The notes under the pieces were generated by a model. That model was not told where the DNA came from and made no database searches. It saw only the letters and a program-made list of their open reading frames with translations. From Phoronis australis (Eukaryota; Animalia; Phoronida): a DNA stretch of 64,000 nt. Positions 39,650 through 51,777 of this stretch are shown piece after piece. The stretch is from positions 437,136-501,135 of the forward strand of contig NMRA01000007.1 of NCBI GenBank assembly GCA_002633005.1, given 5' to 3'. A program made the translations under genes and the position numbers. Each line of letters begins with the position of its first letter. The stretch's first letter is position 1.

Positions 39650-41217
39650 ATTTTTTTACTTTTTCAAATTGTCACCTCTGTGGTCACAGGTGATTTGAAC
39701 CGTTGGAGAGAAATTTTCAATCACAAAGGGGATTTTTAGGCCTCGTGGCCGGGAATTTGGCGGGATTTTTCAATATTTTTGAGAGGGGAATAGAGCCGAT
39801 ATTTGGCCCCAAAATTGAGGGAATGAGAGCCCTGTCCTTTTTGTAAAGAAAAATGCATTGCGCCTCAACCCATATAGTCATGAAAACACAGCCTGGCTGG
39901 CCGAAGATTCTCCGGTCCTCGAGATAAGACAAATTATGATTCGAAAACACTTATAAATTTTACACGGACATATTTTTCTTCGTCGCGGCGTATGGCAAGG
40001 ACCCAACGCTTCCGAATCCCAACGTCCTTAGGGATTGTAAAACAGAGTGTCCGTATTTTTTCTAGCTGTTCGAGCAACGTGGAGTACAACTACGCGGATA
40101 AGCCACCAGAGCTATCGTAGCGAGGCTCGTTTTGGAACGCGCCTCCTGTCGGCGTGAATAGGGTCTATGCCTTTGGTGGAGGATGTAGACTAAATGGGAA
40201 GGGATTGCCACAAATGGTATTCAGTACTTCCTTAAAGTTGTTTTAAGTAAATTGAGTTAAGAAATTTGGCCTGCGGAGCGTTCACTAACGCTCAAACCTC
40301 GCTAAAATCTAGCCAAAACCACTTGTTCTCATTTAAAATATACGGCAATATCTCACGTAATCTCGCAGTCTTGCTTTTCAGCGATGTCCTAGCGTTACTG
40401 AACACTACTGTTTGTGCTCTTGGCTACTAGGATATCGATGTGCCGCCATTTTAGAGCTCGTCCTTGTTTCGTCTTGAATTCTTGGCGCAAATCTATTGAG
40501 GTAACCTTCAGACAAGTGGAAATTGTCAAAAATTTGGTTGATAATGACATATTTTAGTCTGAATTTCTAGAATCTAGAGTGATAGAACATTCGGCAGATG
40601 CTGGTCTACTTTCTTGCACCAGGGCATTCGTGAATATGTAATTTTAGGAAAGATACGGCCAAAAAATGTTTTATCATTTTTGGCATCGCGAATGTAGGAG
40701 GGTAAAAAGACATTGCTTTGTTGAATTTTTTTTCATTTTTGAGGAACCCCATAAAGTGTACTTTCTGACAGTTAGGCTATGCCTTTTTTATGTGAGAGGT
40801 CAAGTGGCTTTTTGCTTTAAACCCAGACAAGTGCAGTGCCCTTACTCTGACCAGAAAACGCCAAATCCAGCCCACCTCCTATGTGCTTCACAACAACACG
40901 CTTGAGTGGGTCATGGAAGCTAAATGTTTGGGCGTCACCATCTCGCATGACTTTAAATAGTCGTTCCACATAAGCAACATCCAGAAGAAAGCAAATGAAA
41001 CTAAGCTTTCATTGGGGAAGCTTTCGTATAAGCAGCCAACGATGCAAGGAGTTTTGCATGTAAAACAATCATTTGATCTTTCTTGGAATACGCCTCTATT
41101 GTTTGGGAACCCTTTACTCACAAAGACATTACTGCGTGCTGCAGAGGAAGTGCAGAGCCTGGGAGAGCTGCTCGCTGGATCACGAGACGGTTCAATCACC
41201 TATCCTCTATACTAACA

Positions 41218-41322
41218 GAGTTGGCTTGATGACTGTAGCTAATACAATGCCTATATATGTTACTTGAGAGAGAAAAGTAACATGTATAGGCATTGTATTA
41301 GCTACAATTACCAAGCCAACTC
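41218..41322. repeat. long inverted repeat (arms about 48 bp, 9-nt spacer)
   Basis: GAGTTGGCTTG...TGTTACTT / AAGTAACA...CAAGCCAACTC. A single-arm homologue lies at about 58723-58783. Confidence 0.8.
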
Positions 41323-41957
41323 CGGCCCCTCCCCCCCTTGGCTGCCGCAAAAACAATAAAACAGTAAGAGCGTAGGGAAATGGTGAGTTTATTAATTAAC
41401 CCCGGTAATTGAAATTATACGGATGAAAAAAGATTTAAATGTGTGCAGTTTTAGTGTTTGGGGGTGTGGGCTCAAACCTAATTTCAAGTGTCAAATTCGG
41501 AACACGGCGCATTCCTAACGGAACTATGGCTAAGTATAGGCTCTCCCGCGATATCCCAGGCGACCGGCAGTGGCGCGACTCTGTTTTCGTCGTCTGCTCC
41601 ACTGTGCAATGAAGAAAATTTACTTCATTTTTTAAAGAGAATGGGACCTGAGCGACGATGAAAAAACAGAAGCTGCAGGTAAGATGTGAATGTTAATCGA
41701 AGCCTTAGTGAATCACTCAGAAACTCGCAATACTCTCTTTGTCAAACCTTATCTTAAGACGATTTCCAAAGCAATCCCGTCATTATTGCCAACACGAAAA
41801 ACGGATTTGGTCTTTTGGGCATTTAAAGACTATTTAAAAACACGACAAATTTGTTAAGAATTGATGTCACAAAATATAAAACGTATAGCATTACGAAAAG
41901 AAGTAGGCTGTGGACCAAAAAAAGTAGGTCTTTTAGTAAGAGATTTGTAGTTAAATC

Positions 41958-42209
41958 GTGGTGGTGTAGTGGTAACGCACGCGCTCTCTACGCGCCAGGT
42001 CGTGAGTTCGAGTCTTTGGTACATTCAGTTTTTCCTGTTTGACACGTTCTCCGTGTTTTTATTTTTTTTAAAATTTTTTTTCTTTTTTTCTTGGATAATA
42101 TTTCAGGAATCAAGGAAAATGCTTGATTTGATTTTTAGAGGTAAAAACAGAAAAATTTCCTGAGCGGGAGGGGGGCAAACCCCCCTCCCGACCTCCCCCC
42201 ATTCGGTGC
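41958..42209 (+). mobile_element. repeat with a tRNA-derived head (Pol III A and B boxes)
   Basis: TGGTGTAGTGG (A box) and GAGTTCGAGTC (B box), with no acceptor-stem pairing. The downstream body is shared with 63850-64000. Confidence 0.6.
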
Positions 42210-42462
42210 NCTTGATCCCAGACCGCCCCGAGATGCTCCAGCAGCCAACTCGGGGCGGTCTCTCACGAGGGTTTAGCGTTATGTTGTTGGAACGGGCCAG
42301 CACCTGACTGAAGAATGGCCGGTCAGCAATCTCAATGCCCAGTCTGAAGATCACAGAAACATGTAGTAATTGATTGACCATCTGTTTCTAAGAAGAAGCC
42401 AACAGGAACAAAGAGATTGTTAAAGTTTGAGTCCGAGTTAGTTGACCATGGTATTCAGTATC

Positions 42463-42501
42463 TGGGTTCAGTTGGATTGTTGAACAATCCAACTGAACCC
42501 A
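42463..42501. repeat. perfect palindrome (19-bp arms, 1-nt centre)
   Basis: TGGGTTCAGTTGGATTGTT-G-AACAATCCAACTGAACCCA. Confidence 0.9.
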
Positions 42502-42965
42502 TTCCCAGTCTCAAACATCATGTCTAAAGATTCAATTGAGCAAACTGATCGGAAAATGTTGTTTAAAATCAGTCCTTAGTCTTTGGATGATCAGATCAGA
42601 CAAAAGTGCTCTTAGACTTCCCATGCATGAGGGACATGGATGACATCTGAAGCCGCTTCTTTGGAAAATTATGGAAGTTGAACATCGTCCTCATGGGCTA
42701 CTATTTCTCAGTGTTGTGTCATTCACTGACTTCACTGTAGTCATAATGCATGGAATATATGTAGATGTTTGCCAAACTTCTGTGCTGTACCGAGAGGCTA
42801 TGATTGAGTGCTGCGTGCATTCGTCATCATGCTGGCAGTGGTGTAAGTTTGAACATTTTTCATTGCAAGAGATGGATCACATTTATAGCTTATAATTGTT
42901 TTTAACATATAATTTTAAGAAAAGGTGACAAAGTTGATGATAGTAATTAGATCAGTGATATATTA

Positions 42966-43294
42966 CGTTAAAAATTCTCCAGATTGAGACAGCTTTCTAA
43001 GTTCAGAACACAGAAATCATTGCTGAAATCTTTATCCTGAAATTTGAGACATGAGTGATATTTATATTTTCGTACTTTTCAAATTCCTAAAACTGTGTTG
43101 TAGCCTAACAGGTTGCAAGTATACGCTTGTAAGTTCACAGAAAGTGACTCTCATGACAAACATTTACCAGTTACCAGTGCAGTGCCCTTGAATTTCTGAC
43201 AGATAATAGGTGTATGAATTTCTTAAAATTGATACAAGCTCCAACTTTGATCAAAATAATTATTCACTGTCCCAAAGAGTAGAGAATTTTTGCG
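42966..43294. mobile_element. third, more decayed copy of the TTTGGGACAG MITE
   Basis: Termini CGTTAAAAATTCTCC / CACTGTCCCAAAG..GAGAATTTTTGCG and an internal ACAAGCTCCAA shared with the other copies. Confidence 0.5.
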
Positions 43295-45254
43295 TTATTA
43301 ATTTTTGAAATTCAGTGTCTAGTTTACAGTAAACCTGATGGATGACTGTTCTTGTTTATAAGAGCATCTGGTTTAAGAAAAGAGGTTGTAAAAGTGATGA
43401 CAATTTATTGTTTAGGTTTTAATCTTATGGTATGGTGTGGTAGTTTACACTAGCTTTACTTTATATCGGTAAAAATGTCAGTGACGAAAGGTGGAAATCA
43501 TAAGTGACAACAGGTATCAATAGTCCATTTCAGTTAATGACTCTGAAGCAGATGATAATAGTGGCAGAACCCGTGTGGTTAAAGAGTCATGACATAATGC
43601 TTTAGATTTAAAAATCTTGAGGCATTCTCCTACATGTAAGCTTCCGGTGTTTTTCTCACAGGAAATGATGTGTGTGTGTTGTCAAAATCAGTTGCATACT
43701 AAGTTAGCCACTGAATGATCTCAGTGCTTAATATGCTTAAAGGGGTTTTAATCAAAGAATAATATTTTAATTTGTTAGATGATACATTCCAAGGGAACTT
43801 GTGCCATGTGATAAAATGTTATTGTTTACACGTGTTTTGGAAAAAATGAGTGGTGTAACGAGATCATACCATTGTGTCTCTATCATCTAGTGTCAATGTA
43901 TAATACAAGAATACTTTTATATCAACATTTAAAATGTTATAATTTTGGATTTCCTATATGTAGTTAGGTTGAGAATGCATGCCTACATGGTGTTCTTTGC
44001 ACATTTGTTACTTTGATAACACTATCACTGATGGTGTTACTCTGTCAAAAATAAAAAATTAAAGGGCAATTTTGACAGTAAAATCATCCATGAAAATCTT
44101 AGTTTAATGATGTGAATTTCCGACTCTGTCCCATTTTTTTTGTACGTAAGGGTGACCTTAAAGGGCTGCGGGGTTCACTGTTAATTCCAGGTTGTCGTGT
44201 CTCTTGGGGGGCATTTTTAATTTTTTATTTAGTGCATGTGCATTGAATAAATGTATGTTTTCGATTATTTTTTGGCAGCTTTCCCAGATTTCCGTAAAAC
44301 TCCCAGGCTCAGATTTGAAAATTCTGGGTATTAGAAAGGCCATAAAAAGTTGATGCTGTGAAAGCTGTTGTGATACGAATAGATGTTATTGAAAGTATTT
44401 TCGTCTGCATTAAACTCACCATTCTAACACAATGTACGTGTCCTGGCGTCGATTACCACAACTGGTACGTTGGAAGCTAATTCCTTGTTTTGCCGCAAGC
44501 GTTTCACGCCGTCACTTGTTGATGTCAGAACCTCAGGGTTAGCATACACTACTTGATAATTTCCTTTATACTTATATCACTAATTGGAACAGTACTACTT
44601 GCTTTTTTGGTATTGTAATTAGTGCACAGCAAAGATCTACTAAAGTTTGGTGGGCCAATAGCCAAACAAATTGCAGTTCAGTGTGGGAACGTCAATAGCG
44701 TAATTAGGTTGATCTGTCAACTACGTGCTTCTTCTGCTAATTTTATTTCATTATAATCGCACACTGAACGTTTTATGTTCACTTAGAGATAACTAAGCCG
44801 TTTCAATGATGTTTTTTTTTGTTTTAAAATTGCTTCAATTAAAACTACAGGTACTCCAATATCGTCCGCATATGTCGCGATTCTACTCGGGGATTCCATC
44901 GATAGGGCATTCTCCGAATTAATATGCGTGACAAGAGAGTCAAGTCTTTATTTTGATACATAAACGAGTCGACAAATTCGGATTTTCCCTACTACAAGGA
45001 TTATATACCCTTTTTAAGAACGTAGTCCTAACTTCTACAATACTCATTCAAATTACAACAATGACGGATCGTTTTTCTGCGGTTCATTTGGCGCGGATAC
45101 GAACCGATATGATCTCGCGTGATCCAGCCTCATCACCCGTTTTTCGCGGTATTTTGTAAAATGTGAAGTGCCATATGTGAAAGACCAGTCGCCCACCGAC
45201 AAGAGCGACGTCTTTCGTGAAAATGACCGAGGCTCATGTTGCCAATGACCATCT

Positions 45255-46518
45255 ATGAGATAATTCAGTCCAGAGTTGAGACGATTGAGCGAAAGATCAG
45301 CAAATTGGTAAGAAAGTGGCTTGGTTTATCTAGGATTCTCTCACCAGTAGCTACGTACATGTAAAGTAAGCAAAGGAGGTTGCGTCTTCTAATTACATTT
45401 GTTGTACAAGTAGAAAAGTGCAAGGTTGCGAAGATTAGATGAGGTGAGGATCATCTTGACAATACCATAAGAGACAAACCACCCAAGCTAAATACTGGAA
45501 GGAAATGGAAAGTAAGTGAAACAACAAAGACATCAAGTGAGATGGCTCATCAGAAAGAACTTGTTGTGTTGAGAGATGGCAGAAGACGTATCTGAGTGAC
45601 CCAAAGAGAACATTTTTGGTCTGAGGCAAGGGGGTCAGAAAGAAGGAAACTACGTGAGCAAGAAGCCTGGCAAATGGAGGAAAAACGCCGCTCAGAGTGT
45701 AAACTGTGCAGCAGGCTCGACAGAGACGGTGACCCTGAATTGGGAAGGTGTGGAACAGCAGGTCATCAGTTGGAACGATTGGTGGAGAATGAGAGCAAGT
45801 CATCTGAAGCTCCTCATCCAGTCCGTCTGCAGATGTCTTGTTACCACCTGCTAACTTGGTGAGATGGGCTTTGTGGACACATTCTTCTTGTCGTCTTTGC
45901 CATAGAAGTGGTAGTCTGAGACATATATTATCTGGCTGCAGTAAGGGGCTCACGTGCGGATGGTATACTTTCAAGCACAATTTGGGACTACTGAGATGTT
46001 ACATGTGAAGCAGTTGAGTATGCAGTAGTTCCATCTGAAGAATATCAAAGAATAACTTTCGTCAGGCAAGGGGTTGCAAGCACGTAGTGTTAAGAGACCA
46101 GCTACTGTCAATAGGCAATGGACAGTTCGAATAGACAAGACACTTCCAGAGGGATTGCTCCTGTCTAGTTTGCGTCCTGGTGTGGTATTGGTTGATGAAG
46201 TGAAGAACCATCTTGTTCTTGGTGAACTAACAGTTGCATGGGAAGAGGGTTTCTATGAGCGTACGCTGTTAGCGGTGTGCAGAAATAGCAACAGAAATCC
46301 AAGGGAAATGTTACAGCTGTGAACTGATTCCTTTCGAGGTGGGCCAGTCGAGGTTTTCAGTCATTTTCTTTGTGGAGGTTCCTGAAGGTCACTGGTGTGA
46401 ACAATTGCAGGAAGGTGGTCAAAGTGTGTGAAAAGAAGGCTGTGCAGGGCAGCACATGTATAATGCGGAAGTACCGATATTTCTTAACATGGAGTCAGGA
46501 CTTGATGGCCGACTGCAA
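45255..46518 (+). mobile_element. 5'-truncated, decayed RLE-type non-LTR retrotransposon (Hero/NeSL-like), copy A
   Basis: Frameshifted fragments: LRL.ITFVV.EKCKVAK, PPANLVRWG...CRLC..SGSLRHILSGC..GWYTFKHN (CCHC zinc knuckle region) and LRPGVVLVDE..GELTVAWEE (restriction-like endonuclease). Ends at an N (46519). Confidence 0.8.
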
Positions 46519-46759
46519 NATGTACACTGTATGATATCGCCCAAGACAACTTTACTATACACCAGTCAAATTCGAGTTACAAACGTGTGGGGTGTAATAG
46601 GATGACACGGCATGACACAAGATGAGGTAAAAACGTTGCACGTCAATTCGCCTGAATATCAGAGTTGCGGCACCACAGTATTTCCCCCAATCAAACCAAA
46701 ACATACCTTAGACTAAAGAAGCTAGTTACCTAAAGAAATCAGCTATAGAGCTGCTCTTT

Positions 46760-47084
46760 CAGCGGTGGATCTATCTAAAAGGCTTGGCTACTTCAGAAGT
46801 GTCGACGGAAGCGCGCGCACAATTGATCTCCGGGCTTTTGCCGATGAGCCACGAGGACTCGAAACGCGTTGATTTTCATAACAGCAATTCACAATGCAAA
46901 AAATATATTTTCAGATCGAACCCCCCCCCTCATTTTTTTTCCAAATTGGTTTACTTGGGGTTTACACACTCCCGTTGGCGGTGCCGTTTTTGTTTTGCTG
47001 GAGACGTTTTTTTTTAAATTTTTGTGTCCTCGCCCGAAGGGGGGGTTTAAACCCCCTGAACCCCCCCCCGTGGATCCGCCACTG
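46760..47084. mobile_element. MITE of the CAGTGGCGGATC family
   Basis: CAGCGGTGGATCT...GGATCCGCCACTG inverted termini with poly-C/G subterminal tracts. No clear TSD. Confidence 0.6.
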
Positions 47085-48470
47085 ATGAGATAATTCAGTC
47101 TAGAGTTGAGACGATTGAGCGTATGATCAGCAAAATGGTGAGAAAGTGGCTTGGTTTATCTGGGATTCTCTCACCAGTAGCTACGTACATGTAAAGTAAG
47201 CAAAGGAGGTTGCGTCTACCAATTACATTTGTTGTAGAGGAGTGCAAGGTTGCGAAGGTTAGATGCAGTGAGGATCACCTTGGCAATACCATAAGAGACA
47301 AACCACCCAAGCTAAATACTGGAATAAAATGGAAAGTAAGTGAAACAATGAAGACATCAAGTGAGATGGCTCACCAGAAAGAACTTGTTGTTGTGTTGAG
47401 AGATTGCAGAAGACGTATCTGAGTGACCCAGAGAGAACATTTTTGGTCTGAGGCAAGGGGGTAAGAAAGAAGGAAACTACGTGAGCAAGAAGTCTGGCAA
47501 ATGGAGGAAGAACGCCGCTTTGAGTGTAAGCTGTGCAGCAGGCTCAACAGAGACGGTGACTGAATTGGGAAGGTGCGGAACAGCAGGTCATCAGTTGGAA
47601 CGATTGGTGGAGAATGAGAGCAAGTCATCTGAAGTTCCTCACCCAGTCTGCATATGATGTCTTGTCACCACCAGCTAACTTGGTGAGATGGGGTTTGTGG
47701 ACACATTCTTCTTGTCGTCTTTGCCATAGAAGTGGTAGTCTGAGACATATAGGACTACTATCTGGCTGCAGTAAGGGGCTCACGTGCGGATGGTATACTT
47801 TCAAGCACAATTTGGTACTACTGAGATGTTACATGTGAAGCAGCTGAGTATGCAGTAGTTCCATCTGAAGAATATCAAAAGATAACTTTCGTCAGGCAAG
47901 GGGTTGCAAGTACGTAGTGTTAAGAGACCAGCTACTGTCAATAGGCAATGGACAGTTCGAATAGACAATAGACAAGACACTTCCAGAGGGATTGCCCCTG
48001 TCTGGTTTGCGTCCTGATGTGGTATTGGTCGATGAAGTGAAGAACCATCTTGTTTTTGGTGAACTAACAGTTGCATGGGAAGAGGGTTTCTATGAGCGTA
48101 CGCTGTTACGGTGTGCAGAAATAGCAACAGAAATCCAAGGGAAATGTTACAGCTGTGAGCTGATTCCTTTTGAGGTGGGCCAGTCGAGGTTTTCAGTCAT
48201 TATCTTTGTGGAGGTTCCTGAAGGTCAATGGTGTGAACAATTGCAGGAAGGTGGTCAAGGTGTGTGAAAAGAAGGCTGTGTAGGGCAGCACATGTATAAT
48301 GCGGAAGTACCGATATTTCTTAACATGGAGTCAGGACTTGATGGCCGACTGCAACGCAACTATATCTACCAGCTGTTGCGGGCCCACCGTGTAGAGAGAT
48401 CCTGAGTTTAAAGGAACGAAATTTTGAGGAAGCACGGCGCTCAGCTGATGATTGCAGTCGACCATGGAGC
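47085..48470 (+). mobile_element. 5'-truncated, decayed RLE-type non-LTR retrotransposon (Hero/NeSL-like), copy B including the 3' UTR
   Basis: Near-identical to copy A. Fragments LRLPITFVVEECKVAKVR..IRDKPPKLNTGIKWK and LRPDVVLVDEVKNHLVFGELTVAWEE...PFEVG carry the RPD-(D/E)xK-type RLE motif. Confidence 0.82.
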
Positions 48471-51400
48471 ACAACCATCTATCTTTGAGTATGTAATTCT
48501 ACTGTCAGTCAATAATTGTTTTGCGATTGGTAAAGGAAAATTGTGTAAACCAGAGTTCACGAAAGATAACTAAACAAGGGCTTTGTTGTATTCAGCTTCA
48601 ACAAAATGTTGTATAGGGCCTATTAGCAAAAAAGGTTCACGAACATAGGCCTAGTGAGAAATTTCGCAGTGTAGCGGTAAACCTGTTTAGTTCAGTATGA
48701 CGTCACGTTCAAGTACTTGTGACACCGTAATCGTTTATAATATTTAAATGTATTGTGGAGTTAAATAGTATTCCGTGCCACAATCGATTAGTGCTTATCA
48801 AAATTTGGTAGGTAAAACTCCTTGAGCTGGAACCGGCACAGAAAAAATGGCGAAGGGAACGTTTCTTTTATGAGTACTTTGGATTTAACCAAGACAAAAT
48901 TATCATAGTAATCATCATTATGGATCTCTTCATCCTCATCACCAAGATCTTTAGTTGCTCAGTTTCGCAAAGTGCTGCTCTTTTTATTGTCTCTGTTTGT
49001 GTTTCATTCATTAACTGAGTCAAGTCGAAAAGTACACCTACTTGTAGTGCGCGATTCAAAAGGCGAGATCAGTAACATATTTGTTGTCGCTGCTAGCATC
49101 AGGATATCGGTTGGCTTTGATGTCGTAAAGGCCCTACAAGTACTTTTCATGTTGTTTTACATTGTGTATATGTTTTATCCGAAGAGTTTCAATTGCAGGA
49201 CTTTTCACAAAACCGTATTTTGAAAGACAATGCGCCTTGCTTCCGCGGAGCTACACTAATAGCTAACTTGCGATTTCCAGTTAGTCAATGTGACGTCTCC
49301 GGAAGTAGGGCAAAACCCGTCATATTGCTGTTGTTTTGCCCCGAGTTACATACGCTAAACCTTACTAGAATGCTTATGGAGAATTTTACTCTTAAATGTT
49401 GACACAACATAGGAGATAACAGATGGATCGTGGAATAACTGTGACTGGACGAAGAAAAGGTGAACTTGTTATGTTGTGCGAAACTGTGAACGGACTGAAA
49501 TTGGAACTCTACCAGGGCTAGGCCTGAATGCCGCAAGCATACAGGGGCAATAGTCCCCATAAAAAGTTACTCATTTCAAATTACAGCATATAAAATCAAA
49601 TGAAACAAGCATATGTGGACATGGAATTATAATTAACACATGCCATGACTCTGGATATAATTTAGTCAACAAATAACTTGAACATATCCATGAAATCCTC
49701 GCAGTTCGCTCGAGTTTCTCTCACCTGGCGCCATTTTGAGGAAGTTATGTAAAATCACGCCTGTTGACGAACAAAAAGTCCAAGGGACACAAATCTTACA
49801 AATTTCACTTGATACCTTCCCATTGCAAGTGTCACGCGCCAGGTCACGCGCTTCGCTCAGTCTGGCGGTAGCCTTTGCCTCATACTCACCTGACTCAGTT
49901 GAAATACTTCGTGATTATCGCGCGCGGGGTGAAAAAGTTAAAAGTAACCAAAAAGTGAAGTTGGAATTCTATGCCAGCCACCTGAATTCCCGTAGGTATG
50001 CTTCATCGAAGATATGTTTAGAAGCAGAAAGGATCACTGAAGAAAGTGAGCGCCTTTTTATGAGATAGTTTTAGGACGGTGTAGAATGTATTTTTGATGA
50101 AGTCAGTGAAAACTTGAGTGAGCTGCCGGGATTTCGCCTACCGCCCGTTTGAAATACACGGGCCAATGACCAAACGACAAGCTAACCTGGTTCCCGGGCC
50201 TCACAAGATGACGTCACGGATAACTTGTGTGTCTGTGTAGGAGACTAACGACTACACTCTATCACAGTGCTAAACGAAAGTTAGCACTGTAGAATGTTGT
50301 TTAATATGGCCTGCCATTGGTTAAAGTAATGAAACTGACGTCATAACATTCAGCCATTCCCATTGGTTGAAAGTTGGGAAACCCCTTTCAGTTTACAAAT
50401 TACGAAGTGTGGCGACCACGGATTTAAGTAGTTGCATTTTATTAAAACGGACAGTGGTGGAAGTTAATAAGACCAAGAAAACCCCGATACAATGGCTTAA
50501 GCCGAAACAAATCCGATGTATAAAGGTGTGTGTCAGTGGTGGCGATGTGGTCGGTATATTGCAGTATAGGTGGCGCTGTGTCAGAGGGTAACTAACGACA
50601 AGCTTCTTCCCTACTTCCGGTGACGTCACATTTAAGTCACGCATAATCTTGCGTTATTGTTATTAACTCTCAAAAGGACTATTAATTTTGGTAAGTTCGC
50701 CGATGTATGCAATGCATCTAAACTTTGTTAACTAGATAAGCCCGTTGTCCACTGCCATGACCTTGATCGCATTTCTAAGATCGCGGGACTCCGTGACTTG
50801 TACTTCATTAGGGTTGTCAAAGGTTGATTAAGTTACCACAGGTGTGATTTTTGTATCTAAGACGGTGTGTAATGTTCAATAAGTGAGACCTACCAGGCGT
50901 TTTGGCAATACAAGATCAGTATTTCTTGGATCATTTTTTCATTCATGCTTCACTGCTTCAGTTCCTTAAGAAATTGTAGAACTTGTTTAGAAATTGGACA
51001 TGTACATTTGATGTCAGGCGTTTCCACTCTTAGATGTGTTTGGACTTAATCAGTTTAGACACACTGTTTACATGTTAAACATGTGCTTAAAATTTTAAAC
51101 ACATTTAGAAATTTTGGCGTAAAAGAGTGAGGACTTTTGTTTGCTTAGAAATGCATTAAGAAATATGTTTCGAATTTAAACACATATTGCACATTTCGAA
51201 ATTAAACGCAAGCCATGCTAAAGAATTTAGATAATTTTGGCATAAAAAAGGGAGTAAATTTATGCGTAATGGATTGTGTTGAAATTTTAAACGCATTTTT
51301 TACAGTGCACTTGAATAGTTGCTCTACTAGGTGGTCAATGGTAAAACGACATCAGGGACAGACAGTCATTTGGAGTCAGTTATTTTTCATCCAAGTCACC

Positions 51401-51669
51401 CAACAACTAACAGCTACTCTACCTGGTGGTCAAATGCCTGATTAAACGAACATATTGACTTCAAGGTAACTTTGTTGGAGGACATCAGGCAAACAAAAGG
51501 TGCTCCACCAGGTGGACAAATTAAAACAAGTAGAAATCAGGAATTGGCCTGTTTTTATTGTTTAAACCAAAGCAGAAATTCATCACAGGATATCGAATCA
51601 ATGATACCAGTCCTGACTGTTGGTAGCTGTTATTTCAAGTTGCTTAGGTTCACATCACTTGGGGATTTA

Positions 51670-51777
51670 CTACACTGGTGGAGAATATAACTCGTCAGTT
51701 TCCAGGCTTCTCATTTGAATGCTGTCCAGGGCGATGTCACCTTTCTTAGTTCTACGCTTTTTTGCAGTGAAGACTAA
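51670..51777 (-). CDS. secreted MAM-domain protein, exon 6 (MAM end and stop)
   Basis: gttacag acceptor, phase 0. LVFTAKKRRTKKGDIALDSIQMRSLETDELYSPPV* supplies the MAM terminal motif .VF.A......GDIA.D.I. Confidence 0.85.
   Translation of the reverse strand, partial: LVFTAKKRRTKKGDIALDSIQMRSLETDELYSPPV

Noticed and set aside
41600-41680. Possible exon with a strong CAG|GTAAGA donor
   Set aside because: Stop codons in the relevant frames, no matching downstream exon identified, and it lies among repeat fragments.
41958-42020. Functional tRNA gene
   Set aside because: No acceptor stem and poor T-stem pairing; embedded in a dispersed repeat.
50263-50290. RSS-like heptamer CACAGTG in a small hairpin (Transib/RAG-type end)
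   Set aside because: No properly spaced nonamer, partner end or transposase; expected by chance.
51320-51520. CRISPR-like repeat-spacer array
   Set aside because: Only three short degenerate motifs in a eukaryotic context, with spacers too long and no cas genes.
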